Positions 10,011 to 19,376 of a stretch of 64,000 nt of DNA are shown here, piece after piece (position 1 is the first letter of the stretch; every line of letters begins with the position of its first letter). The DNA comes from Candidatus Poribacteria bacterium (GTDB lineage: Bacteria; Poribacteria; WGA-4E; JAJDTR01): positions 4,960,001-5,024,000 of the forward strand of contig CBDCTK010000002.1 in the NCBI GenBank assembly GCA_965222225.1, written 5' to 3'. The position numbers and the translations under genes were made by a program. Below the pieces are notes generated by a model. The model was not told where the DNA came from. It made no database searches and worked only from the letters and a program-made list of their open reading frames with translations.

Positions 10011-11117
10011 TCAGAACGAGATACGCATCAATTCCATTGAGAATCCCTCATCGACCGATGATAGATTGTCCTCGACAGAGGCGAGTTCTTCGCCCCAACC
10101 TCGTGTGAAACGGTGTGTGTACCACATCCCGAGGGCAGAGCCAAGAATGTTTGCCAGCACATAAGACTTGGAATTCTCGCCACTGACATCAGCAATAAGC
10201 AGCGCACCGCTACCGGATAGGGTACCGACGAATCCGCCAAGGGTTATCAAAAGTGCCCGACCGAACGTGTACTCGCCGCTATCGGTCAATTGACCGCTAA
10301 TGTACGCCCCAAGGGGTAAACCGAGCATTGCGGCGGATACGTAAGGGCGAGGATGTTCAGCGAACTCTACTCCCGCAAGGTGGACTATTCCGGCGGCGTA
10401 GGCAGCCCCAACGACGCCTCCGAGTGAGATGAGATGCGCGCGGCCTTGTGAAATCGATTTGCCGCGAATCAAGCGTGATGTTGTCCAGACGCCAACCGGG
10501 ACGCCGACCATTGCAAATGCCGTGTATATTTGTGCTTCATCCCACTTTTCAAGGTTGTCAATGTTGATGAGATACGGGATGGCGAGGCCGTAAAAACCTC
10601 CGACCAATCCGCCGTTGGTTAGCAGATCCGTTTCACCCTTCTCGTACCATCTGTGAGAACTCAACATATTGGCGGTTAGCCCACCCAAAGGGGTACCAAG
10701 CATGGCCCCTGTCCAATACGCCTTGTCGTTCTCGGTTTCAAAGAATACAGGGATACCGAGCCCAAACAGTGTGCCTGCATAACTCCCCCAGCGCATGAGT
10801 TTGGAACGTCCGGCGCCGAGCCGATGGTCTTCCGTAAGTTTTAGCGCACTCCAGAATGCACCGCTGCCAAAGAGCAGTTCTAGTCCGACCACCTGACGAG
10901 CTGATTCAATGTCCAATAGACTGACCGTACCAGGCCCGTACAACATCAACCCGTACAGTGTTGCATCAAATACAATCCGTCTCCTGCCCTCCTGTTGTTC
11001 TTCCAAAAGGACTTGCGATTCGTCACTGGGTCCGGGACTTGCCTCCGATGCAAGATTGGTGAAGGTGAGGTTCATAAGACAGAAAAGCAGAGCAAAAGCA
11101 GTGTTACGTTTTATCAT
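10011..11117 (-). CDS. Hypothetical Gly-rich multi-pass membrane protein with signal peptide and internal repeats
   Basis: Repeated GR(A/S)xLIxxGG...G and AMLG.PLG units; ends in F. Confidence 0.7.
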   Translation of the reverse strand: MIKRNTAFALLFCLMNLTFTNLASEASPGPSDESQVLLEEQQEGRRRIVFDATLYGLMLYGPGTVSLLDIESARQVVGLELLFGSGAFWSALKLTEDHRLGAGRSKLMRWGSYAGTLFGLGIPVFFETENDKAYWTGAMLGTPLGGLTANMLSSHRWYEKGETDLLTNGGLVGGFYGLAIPYLINIDNLEKWDEAQIYTAFAMVGVPVGVWTTSRLIRGKSISQGRAHLISLGGVVGAAYAAGIVHLAGVEFAEHPRPYVSAAMLGLPLGAYISGQLTDSGEYTFGRALLITLGGFVGTLSGSGALLIADVSGENSKSYVLANILGSALGMWYTHRFTRGWGEELASVEDNLSSVDEGFSMELMRISF

Positions 11118-11138
11118 AAATTTCCTTGGCAAGCAGGT

Positions 11139-11583
11139 TCAGTTCCTGTTCCAGAGGGAGACAATGGCATCGTGAATCCTGCCTTCGATACCGACGGCAA
11201 ACGGGGCGTGCGTCTCGCAACGTAAAGCGTGCCCGTGAATGCTGAGACAAGAACCCGCCTCGTAACCGCCTTTCCCGCCGCGCGCCAGCGCCTTATCCGT
11301 AGGGACATACCCCATTGTAGCCCATTTTGTAACCGAAAACCATTGTATGATCGAATGGAGCGTTTTCATCAACCCACAGCTCGTACTCACAAAACGGTTC
11401 TTGCGGCATGGTTATGAGACACCACTCTGTGCCAATCATAAAAGCGGTTATATCGAATCGCGACTCCGGTTTCTCGCCGCGCTCAATCATGTCTTTCATG
11501 GCCTCTAAAGACCCAATCATTCCGAGATAAAGTTCATGTCCGGCAGTACCCCGCTCATGAGAAGTTTTTCGTGCATGTCCCAT
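11139..11583 (-). pseudogene. Remnant of a neutral/alkaline ceramidase-like hydrolase C-terminus
   Basis: PQEPFCEY, TMVFGY and GYVPT...GGYEAG split across frames. Confidence 0.5.
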
Positions 11584-11764
11584 CTTCCATCTACATTCTC
11601 CTAAGGGGCATGGGTCACCGATTTCCGCGAGCCAAGCGATTTGTGCGTCGGTACACCGTCTTTTCCGCTATGGGCACAGACACCGAAATACTCATGACAC
11701 AAGGCGGTTCCCACGGGATTGAAGATCTAGGGCGTGCGCTTACAAGAGCATTGCTTACCACGAC

Positions 11765-12781
11765 TTATTCCGGTTCGGATACCTTAACCAGTTGCTTACC
11801 GATGTTACCGCCTTTCAGCATGCCGATAAATGCTGCTGCCGTATTTTCAAATCCCTCAGTAATCGTCTCTCTATATTTTAGTTTACCCTCTTGAACCCAT
11901 TCCGCCATTTGGCGGAGGCCATCTTCGTGCCGGTCTGCGAAATCGTTCACCAACAATCCTTCAACCCTAGCGCGTTTGGCAATCAACTGCCACAGTAGCC
12001 TCGGCCCTAGGTCAGGTTCTTGCAAGTTATACTGGGAAATCTGGCCGCAAATTACCATACGTCCTCTCAAGTTGATATTTAGAAAGACCGCATCGGTAAC
12101 AGGACCTCCGGTGTTGTCAAAATAGACATCGATTCCATCCGGACAGACCTCCTGCAACTTTGCGTTATAATCCGTGACAGAATTGTAGTTGAATGCGTCG
12201 TCAAAACCGAGGTCGTTTACGACATGGTTGACTTTTTCGTCGGTACCGGCAACACCGACAACACGGCAACCTTTGATCTTTGCGATTTGGCCCGCGGTGG
12301 AACCGACAGCCCCCGCCGCTCCCGAGACAAGCACATGCTCCCCATCTTTGAGTTGCCCAATTTCAAGCAGACCAAAGTACGCCGTTAGTCCAGGCATACC
12401 GAGTACACCAAGTGCCGCGGAAATCGGCGCGAGTGAGGCATCAACCTTCTGAATCGCATTGCCTGGTGCAACGCCGTATTCCTGCCATCCCAAGTATGCC
12501 TTGACAATGTCACCCTCTTGAATATCGGAGTGTTTTGATTTGACGACCTGTCCTACAGTTCCGCCGAGCACTACATCACCAATCTCTTGGGAGGCGGCAT
12601 AGGATTTGGCTTTCCTCATCCGTCCACGCATATAGGGGTCGACAGAAAGATAGCAGGTGCGTATCAGAACCTCTCCGTCTCCTGGCGTGGGAATCGGCGA
12701 AGCCACGAGGTTGAAATCAGACTCTTTCGGATAACCTACTGGCCTTGAGGCAAAGATGAATTGTCGGTTTTGTTCAGGCAT
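11765..12781 (-). CDS. NADP-dependent oxidoreductase (CurA / prostaglandin reductase family)
   Basis: YLSVDPYMRGRM, LGMPGLTAYFGL, VSGAAGAVGS, CGQISQYN, GNIGKQLV. Confidence 0.93.
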   Translation of the reverse strand: MPEQNRQFIFASRPVGYPKESDFNLVASPIPTPGDGEVLIRTCYLSVDPYMRGRMRKAKSYAASQEIGDVVLGGTVGQVVKSKHSDIQEGDIVKAYLGWQEYGVAPGNAIQKVDASLAPISAALGVLGMPGLTAYFGLLEIGQLKDGEHVLVSGAAGAVGSTAGQIAKIKGCRVVGVAGTDEKVNHVVNDLGFDDAFNYNSVTDYNAKLQEVCPDGIDVYFDNTGGPVTDAVFLNINLRGRMVICGQISQYNLQEPDLGPRLLWQLIAKRARVEGLLVNDFADRHEDGLRQMAEWVQEGKLKYRETITEGFENTAAAFIGMLKGGNIGKQLVKVSEPE

Positions 12782-13094
12782 TTAGTTTTTTCTCCTTCGA
12801 GAACACTGTTAGGATTTGCATAGGAATCTGGCATGTTTTTGTGAAAATCTGTGGTAAAGCAGAGCGGTTGCAAGTTTACAGGACCACTACAGCCACTAGG
12901 GTTGTCCACTGTGGATTCATCCTCATAGCCGGATGCTGATAATCCGATTGAACAAACGCTCAATCACTGATAAAATAGTGCATTATGGAGCCTACAATAA
13001 AACGATGCCATTATATCACGAAAAGGCTGGACTCACCATATACAAATGCCATCTGGAAACACCTGGAACATTAGTTGTCCTACAATTTGGAGCA

Positions 13095-14213
13095 ATGTCA
13101 AAAGGTAATATCACTCTCAAGAATGTTACAAAATACTTCGGCGACACCGTTGCCGTTAATGACATCTCGCTTGAAATCGGTGGTGGTGAATTTTTTTCGC
13201 TACTTGGGCCGAGTGGCTGTGGAAAAACAACAACGTTACGGATGATTGGTGGGTTCGATCATCCGACATCCGGGGGGATTTTTATCAACGACACAGCAAT
13301 CGGACGCACGCCACCTTATCGTTTGGATGTCAACACAGTATTTCAGAATTATGCACTGTTTCCGCACAAGACTGTCTCGCAGAATATAGGGTTTGGATTA
13401 CAGATGAGAAACGTTGCCAAGAGGCAGATAGAATTGCAAGTTGACGAATTTCTGGAGATGGTTCACCTGCCGAGGTATGGCAATCGAAAGCCGGGTGAAC
13501 TTTCCGGTGGCGAGAAGCAGCGCGTGGCGCTGGCACGTGCGCTCATCAATCGTCCATCAATCCTGTTGTTGGACGAGCCCCTAGCTGCTCTTGATTTAAA
13601 ATTGCGAAAACAAATGCAAATAGAGCTTAAGGAGTTGCAGCGCGAAGTGGGAATTACTTTCGTCTACGTTACTCACGACCAAGGCGAAGCCTTTGCGTTA
13701 TCCGACCGTATCGCCATCATGAACGAGGGTGTCGTGTGCCAAGTTGGAAGTGCGGCTGAAATCTACGATGAACCAAACAGCCGGTTTGTCGCGGATTTTA
13801 CCGGGACATCAAATTTCTTTGACGGAAGATTGCTTGCGGTAGAAGGCGAAAAGGCAAGAGTACAGTTGCACAATTACGCCGAGGTTGAATTCGTCGGTAG
13901 AAACAACAAAGATTTGAAAGAGGGTGACGCCGCCACGGTGGCAATTCGCCCCGAACACATTTTCTTGACGGCTCAAACCACAGAAAACTCTATCAATCGG
14001 ATAAAGGGGACCATTCGTGACGAGATGTACCTTGGGACAGTAATGCAGTATACCGTGGAAGCATCTGACGGAGCATCAGTGATCGCGTACGAGCAGAATC
14101 GCGGCAGCGGGAAGGAAAATCGTTGGCAAATTGGGGACAGTGTCTATCTAACATGGCAATCTGAAAACGCAACTGTTTTGAAAGCCAGCGATACTCTATT
14201 GCAAGAAGAATAA
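13095..14213 (+). CDS. potA: Polyamine-type ABC transporter ATP-binding subunit (PotA-like, TOBE domain)
   Basis: GPSGCGKTT, LSGGEKQRVALARAL, LLLDEPL, YVTHDQ. Confidence 0.85.
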   Translation: MSKGNITLKNVTKYFGDTVAVNDISLEIGGGEFFSLLGPSGCGKTTTLRMIGGFDHPTSGGIFINDTAIGRTPPYRLDVNTVFQNYALFPHKTVSQNIGFGLQMRNVAKRQIELQVDEFLEMVHLPRYGNRKPGELSGGEKQRVALARALINRPSILLLDEPLAALDLKLRKQMQIELKELQREVGITFVYVTHDQGEAFALSDRIAIMNEGVVCQVGSAAEIYDEPNSRFVADFTGTSNFFDGRLLAVEGEKARVQLHNYAEVEFVGRNNKDLKEGDAATVAIRPEHIFLTAQTTENSINRIKGTIRDEMYLGTVMQYTVEASDGASVIAYEQNRGSGKENRWQIGDSVYLTWQSENATVLKASDTLLQEE

Positions 14214-14237
14214 ATGGGTGACGCACTGACTGAATTG

Positions 14238-16931
14238 CTATTCAGCACTTAGACGACTCGTCAACGCCTTTCTGATTTCCTCAATGCGGTCTATATTTGT
14301 AACTTTTCCGCCATCTGCCTCCGTAACATAGAAAGTATTCTTGATTTCTTCAATGGGCTTTGTCTTTGTAGCCTTTCTCTCAACCGCTTCAGCAGCATAG
14401 AACGAATCCATCGCCGTAAAGCCCTCTGTGGTGATTTTGGCGATATAGACATCAATCTTCAAATCATAGAACACATCTGCGATCGAGTAAAGCAAACCAA
14501 TTCGATCTTGAGATTGGATATCAATGATGGTTGCCAACTCCGATCCGCCATTGTCGACTACAACCTCAAGAGGTAGGTTGCGTCGGCCCCTGCCTGATGA
14601 AATCGTTTTCTCCTGCTGTTGCAGAGTGGTGTCGAAGTCGGCTTGGTCATGCCAAATGTTGTCTAGTGCTTGAATAACTCGATCGCGATGCTCAACACTC
14701 AAACCGCGCCGGGTTGTTTCGTCTGACAAATTGATGGTGTCAATCACAATTTCATCGCCGCGTGTCTCTATGTCTGCACGCAAAATATTGGCTTTTTCTG
14801 CAGCAATCACGCCTGCGATTTGGCGGAAAGTCCCGCGTTTATCTCGCGTGCAGATTCCAATCTGTGTGTGTAATTGGGAATCCTGAAAACAGGCAACCGC
14901 GATGGGTTTATCCCCAAGTTTCTCGACTAATTCAATCTGTTTGCAGATGAACGCAGGGGAATTGCCCACCAATTGCTGATCGGGCATCGCGTCAAAATGT
15001 CGCTGGATTGCGACTTCCCCAACAGTTCCCCCGATTAGGTCGCTGACCTGCGTGTGTAAGTTATCCAATTCTATCCGATAGGGTTCGCCTCGCAAGTGTT
15101 TTATGGTCCTATCGTAAAGGGAACGTAATAGTGTTGCGCTCCACTCCGTCCAGATGTTTGTACTGACAGCGCGCATATCTGCGAATGTCAGCAGGTAAAG
15201 CATCTTAGCGTTTTGTTCATTCCCAACCAACTTGGCGAACTGTTCAATTGTCTTTGGATCGTCCAAATCTCGATGTTGCGCCGTGTGCGACATATCAAGG
15301 TGCTTGGAGATCAGAAACAGCACGATTTCCCGATCTTCCTCCGAAAGTGCTAAGCGGTCCAACATGGTCTTTGCTGCTTCAACGCTTCGTTGGTCATGGT
15401 CACCGGCACCCTCTGTCCCTTTCCCGACATCGTGGTACAGCACTGCAAGCCGCAACAATTCCGGTTTTTCTAGAGACTTTAGCATTTCAATGAAGGCTTG
15501 ACCATCCTTTATTTCTGCCAGCGTTTGCGCCTCCAAGTTCTCTATTGCATACATTGTATGTTCATCAACAGTATATTGATGTGGACGATCATAACGGACG
15601 AGAGATCGGATCTTGCTAAATTCGGGCAGATAGCAGTCCAGTACCTCCAAGCGGTGCATTTCGCGAAGCGTTTCGGCAACTCGGGTCGAGTTCCCTAGAA
15701 TCGAGAGAAATGCCTCCGCGTTTATGGGAGTGCGCTGAAACTCGTCATCAATAAGATGGAGATTCGCGACGATTGCATGCTTTACATCGCTGCTGATACG
15801 GAAACCAAGCTGTTGCGTATGGACAAACAACCGCATTATTCGCGTCGGATAGGTCGAGAAGTCTGATTGTCCGGGCTGGAAAGAGATTTCCCTATCAATA
15901 ATCGAAAAGCCATCAGAAAGTTTTATAGAACGCAAAAGCTTAATTGCCCGACTGCCCGTCCACTCCTTGTCTTTCACGAGTTCGATGATAAGACTGGTAA
16001 ACTCGGATAGATGTTCGGCGCGCAGATAGTAGTCTCGCATCATCGCTTCCTCCGCCAAGATACTTCCCTCATCGGAGTATCCAAGATTCTTGGCGATAGT
16101 CTGCTGTACTTCAAAGGAGAGCTTGTCGGTTTTTCGCTTCGTTACATAATGTAGCTCATTACGTAACCACCACAAAAAATCTAGCGATGCTCTGCTTGCT
16201 TCAGCGACACTTGAGGAGATAATCTTGCGTTTGGAAAGTAGATGGAGATCTTTAATCCCGTACTTGACGGCAGTAATCCATATAGCAGTGTGAAAATCCC
16301 TTAGACCTCCGACGCTTTCCTTTATATCCGGTTCCTGCAAATAGATGGTTGAGCCGTGCGACGCGTGACGCTCTTTCCATTCCCCAATCGACTGCGCGAT
16401 GAATTTCTTGATTTGTCGTCTGTAGACGTGTTTCGCAATTTGCCGTAGCAGCTGTTTATGCACCACTTTGGCGCCCACGATGTAACGAGATTCAATCATT
16501 GATGTCTTTGACACAAAGTCGTCATACGTTGCACGAATGCATTCCTTGATAGATCTGCAACTGTGTCCTACCTCGTAACCGACATCCCAAAGTACTGTAA
16601 TAAGGTGATTGGCGAAGGATTCCAACTCGCCGATTGAGATTTTGGAGTCGTCGTAAACCAGCATCACATCAATATCCGAATACGGATTGAGTTCCGCACG
16701 ACCGTACCCTCCCAATGCTAGAATGGTGAGTGGCGCATCTTCCGGCAGCATTCCCCGCTCTACCCCGTCTTCGTAGATTTGTTGAACCACATTATCGGCA
16801 AGGCGCGTGTATTCTTCGACGATTTCGATTCCTCCGAGCCCAAACCGGTGGCATTTTTCGATCCGGTCCCGCCCATCTGCAGACAACGCTTTGAGTTGTG
16901 CAACGAGCACCTGGCTTTCCGATTGCTGCAT
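14238..16931 (-). CDS. glnD: [Protein-PII] uridylyltransferase / uridylyl-removing enzyme, paralogue 1
   Basis: ALGGYGR...PYSDID NTase, EPDIKESVGGLRD, HQYTVDEH and HDVGKG HD domain, two ACT domains. Confidence 0.93.
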   Translation of the reverse strand: MQQSESQVLVAQLKALSADGRDRIEKCHRFGLGGIEIVEEYTRLADNVVQQIYEDGVERGMLPEDAPLTILALGGYGRAELNPYSDIDVMLVYDDSKISIGELESFANHLITVLWDVGYEVGHSCRSIKECIRATYDDFVSKTSMIESRYIVGAKVVHKQLLRQIAKHVYRRQIKKFIAQSIGEWKERHASHGSTIYLQEPDIKESVGGLRDFHTAIWITAVKYGIKDLHLLSKRKIISSSVAEASRASLDFLWWLRNELHYVTKRKTDKLSFEVQQTIAKNLGYSDEGSILAEEAMMRDYYLRAEHLSEFTSLIIELVKDKEWTGSRAIKLLRSIKLSDGFSIIDREISFQPGQSDFSTYPTRIMRLFVHTQQLGFRISSDVKHAIVANLHLIDDEFQRTPINAEAFLSILGNSTRVAETLREMHRLEVLDCYLPEFSKIRSLVRYDRPHQYTVDEHTMYAIENLEAQTLAEIKDGQAFIEMLKSLEKPELLRLAVLYHDVGKGTEGAGDHDQRSVEAAKTMLDRLALSEEDREIVLFLISKHLDMSHTAQHRDLDDPKTIEQFAKLVGNEQNAKMLYLLTFADMRAVSTNIWTEWSATLLRSLYDRTIKHLRGEPYRIELDNLHTQVSDLIGGTVGEVAIQRHFDAMPDQQLVGNSPAFICKQIELVEKLGDKPIAVACFQDSQLHTQIGICTRDKRGTFRQIAGVIAAEKANILRADIETRGDEIVIDTINLSDETTRRGLSVEHRDRVIQALDNIWHDQADFDTTLQQQEKTISSGRGRRNLPLEVVVDNGGSELATIIDIQSQDRIGLLYSIADVFYDLKIDVYIAKITTEGFTAMDSFYAAEAVERKATKTKPIEEIKNTFYVTEADGGKVTNIDRIEEIRKALTSRLSAE

Positions 16932-17359
16932 CTGGCAACCTCCATTATCTCACTGTACGTGGTTCCCTGTACATCAGTCAGTGATTTCTCACAGCACCTG
17001 GGTGAAAACGCTACTGAGGGCGTTCTCGCCCAATTCTTGGCTATAAACTCTATATGATATGTGCACGTAACGCACGTGTGGCTATCCTACTATACTAGAC
17101 GCGGTTTAGCGGAAGGTGGCTACAATGTAAGGCAATCTTCCATCTGCACACTGACACACTTCCGATGGCTAAAGCTCTGATGCATCCGGCAGTGTCATCG
17201 GTGAAGCCTTGTGGAAACTCGACTTGCATCGCCTTGCGCTCCCCGGCGTCCAAGTTTATCGCCAATGCATTCGTTAAACAAGAGACGAAATCTTCAGGGC
17301 CTTGACGCAACTGGAATCAACGAATTCTGATTGACACGTCAGACAGAGGGGTGAGGCAT

Positions 17360-17848
17360 CTATTCTTGGTCTTGATTAGATTGTGCGAGTGCGTTCGGGC
17401 TATGACTCTCAAGCGCGCGGGACTGTTCCCCGATCATTACAGCGAGGCTAGCGATGATGTCAACGCATTCCTTCACCAGCACAGTCTGCGTAGTGTCGTG
17501 TTTGGTCATGTGTTCCGTAAACTCGTGTGCGTGGTCATCTTGCTGTTGGGTTTTCGAAACAAGATTTTCCATGAGTGTAACACAATCACTTAGCAGCTTC
17601 GTCTGCGTCTTGTTGTGTTCCGTCATGTGTTCGGTCATCAGGACCCGCGATGACACCACTTCCCGATGCAAGACCTTTATCGTCTCACGGCTGTCCTCCA
17701 TATCCTCTTTCATCGTATCAAGGTAGAGGGCATCACGCCGTGGAATGAAATAGACGAGCAACAAGATGATAACAAGCACACCGATTATGTCGAAGCCGTA
17801 ATCGAGGAACCAGAATACGGCTTCAATAAAATTGGCAGGCATCTCCAT
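17360..17848 (-). CDS. Small membrane-anchored His/Met-rich helical protein, copy A
   Basis: N-terminal TM helix; 39-aa internal repeat EHMT(E/K)H...C; close paralogue at 18463-18909. Confidence 0.75.
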   Translation of the reverse strand: MEMPANFIEAVFWFLDYGFDIIGVLVIILLLVYFIPRRDALYLDTMKEDMEDSRETIKVLHREVVSSRVLMTEHMTEHNKTQTKLLSDCVTLMENLVSKTQQQDDHAHEFTEHMTKHDTTQTVLVKECVDIIASLAVMIGEQSRALESHSPNALAQSNQDQE

Positions 17849-18070
17849 GGTATATTCGAAGCCTCTTTTTACTCTTAGTACATCATGGGTGAATTAGGAT
17901 GAGTTTACTGTCGGTCTAGCTCATCCTGAAAATTAGATAAAGACCGTTTACAGATTGTAGGCAAGATACTCCATGTGACAGTAGGCAATAGCCACCAAGT
18001 TTCCTGCCAAAGGCTAGCACTGATACCGGACTTGCCAGGGGCGACAGGACGGTAGCATGGTTGTGAACTT

Positions 18071-18250
18071 GTACCATTTCCCTAAAATGCAAGTGCATTG
18101 ATGACGTGAATTAAGTAAATAAACTTGCGTGTAGCAGAGTAAGAATCCTTGTCTCCGCGCAAAGTCGGCGGGGCAAGATGCCCCGCCTACGGAGAAAGTG
18201 AACGACATAATTAAGACATTACATGCCCTATTATTCAAGCGAAATGGTAT
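18071..18250. mobile_element. MITE-like insertion (GTACCATTTC...GAAATGGTAT ends) containing a GTAG-REP
   Basis: Absent from the paralogous upstream region near 19105. Confidence 0.65.
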
Positions 18251-18462
18251 TAGTTGAGTATGTGGCCAAATACTGTCATATTCTCAGTGAACTAACATTA
18301 AACACCGAGATTCCTGTAGACTAAAAAGGCCTCGTCAATGCAAAACGAGTAAAACGAACTTTGTTAGCTTCTAGCTCTGAATTAGCCGGCTACAGACGCC
18401 TGCATTCTAGATTTGATACGCTGGCCGAGGAAGCGACGGATACAGAAACTACGATACAGATT

Positions 18463-18909
18463 TTAACGCGAAACAGTGTCAGACTGCTCCTGCACCTTTG
18501 CAGTGAGGTTAGCCATGATGTCAACGCACTCCTTCATCAGCATAGTCTGCGTTGTGTCGTGTTTGGTCATGTGCTCTGTAAGCGCGTGCGCGTGATTATC
18601 TTGCTGTTGGGTTTTCGCAACGAGGTTTTGCATGAGCGTAACACAGTCACTTAGCAACTTCGTCTGTGTCTTGTTGTGTTCCGTCATGTGTCCGGTCATG
18701 AGGCCCCGCGATGACACTACTTCATGATGCAAGACCTTTATCGTCTCACGTCTGTCCTCCATATCCTCTTTCATCGTATCGAGATACAGCGTATCGCGCC
18801 GCGGAATGAAATAGGCGAGCAGCCAGATGATGACAAACACTCCGATAATGTCGAAGCCGATATCAAGGAGCCAGATCAGGAATTCAGTAAAATTTGTAGG
18901 TATGTCCAT
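18463..18909 (-). CDS. Small membrane-anchored His/Met-rich helical protein, copy B
   Basis: Paralogue of 17360-17848; GGGAGG RBS-like sequence upstream. Confidence 0.75.
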   Translation of the reverse strand: MDIPTNFTEFLIWLLDIGFDIIGVFVIIWLLAYFIPRRDTLYLDTMKEDMEDRRETIKVLHHEVVSSRGLMTGHMTEHNKTQTKLLSDCVTLMQNLVAKTQQQDNHAHALTEHMTKHDTTQTMLMKECVDIMANLTAKVQEQSDTVSR

Positions 18910-19164
18910 GGTATATTCGAGGCCTCCCTTTATTCTTAGTACATCGTGAGTGAATAGGATGGGTTAAGCAGTAATCTAGCCCATCCTCGAATTTGGAAAA
19001 AGATCGCTACAGATTGCAGGCAATAGCACTCAAGTTTATTGCCGAAGGCTAGCGCGAATACCGGACTTGACGGCGGCGAATGGCGCAGCAGCATGATTGT
19101 AAACTTAGTTTGTTAGAGGGCCAACTTCTGTCAGATTCTTAGTGAACTAACACTAAACACCGAG

Positions 19165-19193
19165 GTTCTAGTAGACTAGAAAGATCCTGTCAA
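19165..19193 (-). promoter_or_regulatory. Putative sigma70 promoter for copy B
   Basis: TTGACA-17 bp-TAGAAC; TTGACG at the equivalent position of copy A. Confidence 0.45.
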
Positions 19194-19376
19194 TACAAAA
19201 ACGAGTGTAACGGATCTTGTAAGATTCTAGTTCTGAATTTGCTGGCTAAAAACGAGCCTACTCTAAATTTGCTGCGCTGACCGAAGAAATCGGACAACGA
19301 ATACTGGAACTACGATACAGATTTTAACATGCAACGGCGGAACTTCCGATTGGGCCTCAGAGAGTACTTCGGCAAC

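Noticed and set aside
13095-14213. Orphan potA-like gene without permease partners
   Set aside because: Split ABC operons are common and the partners may lie elsewhere in the genome.
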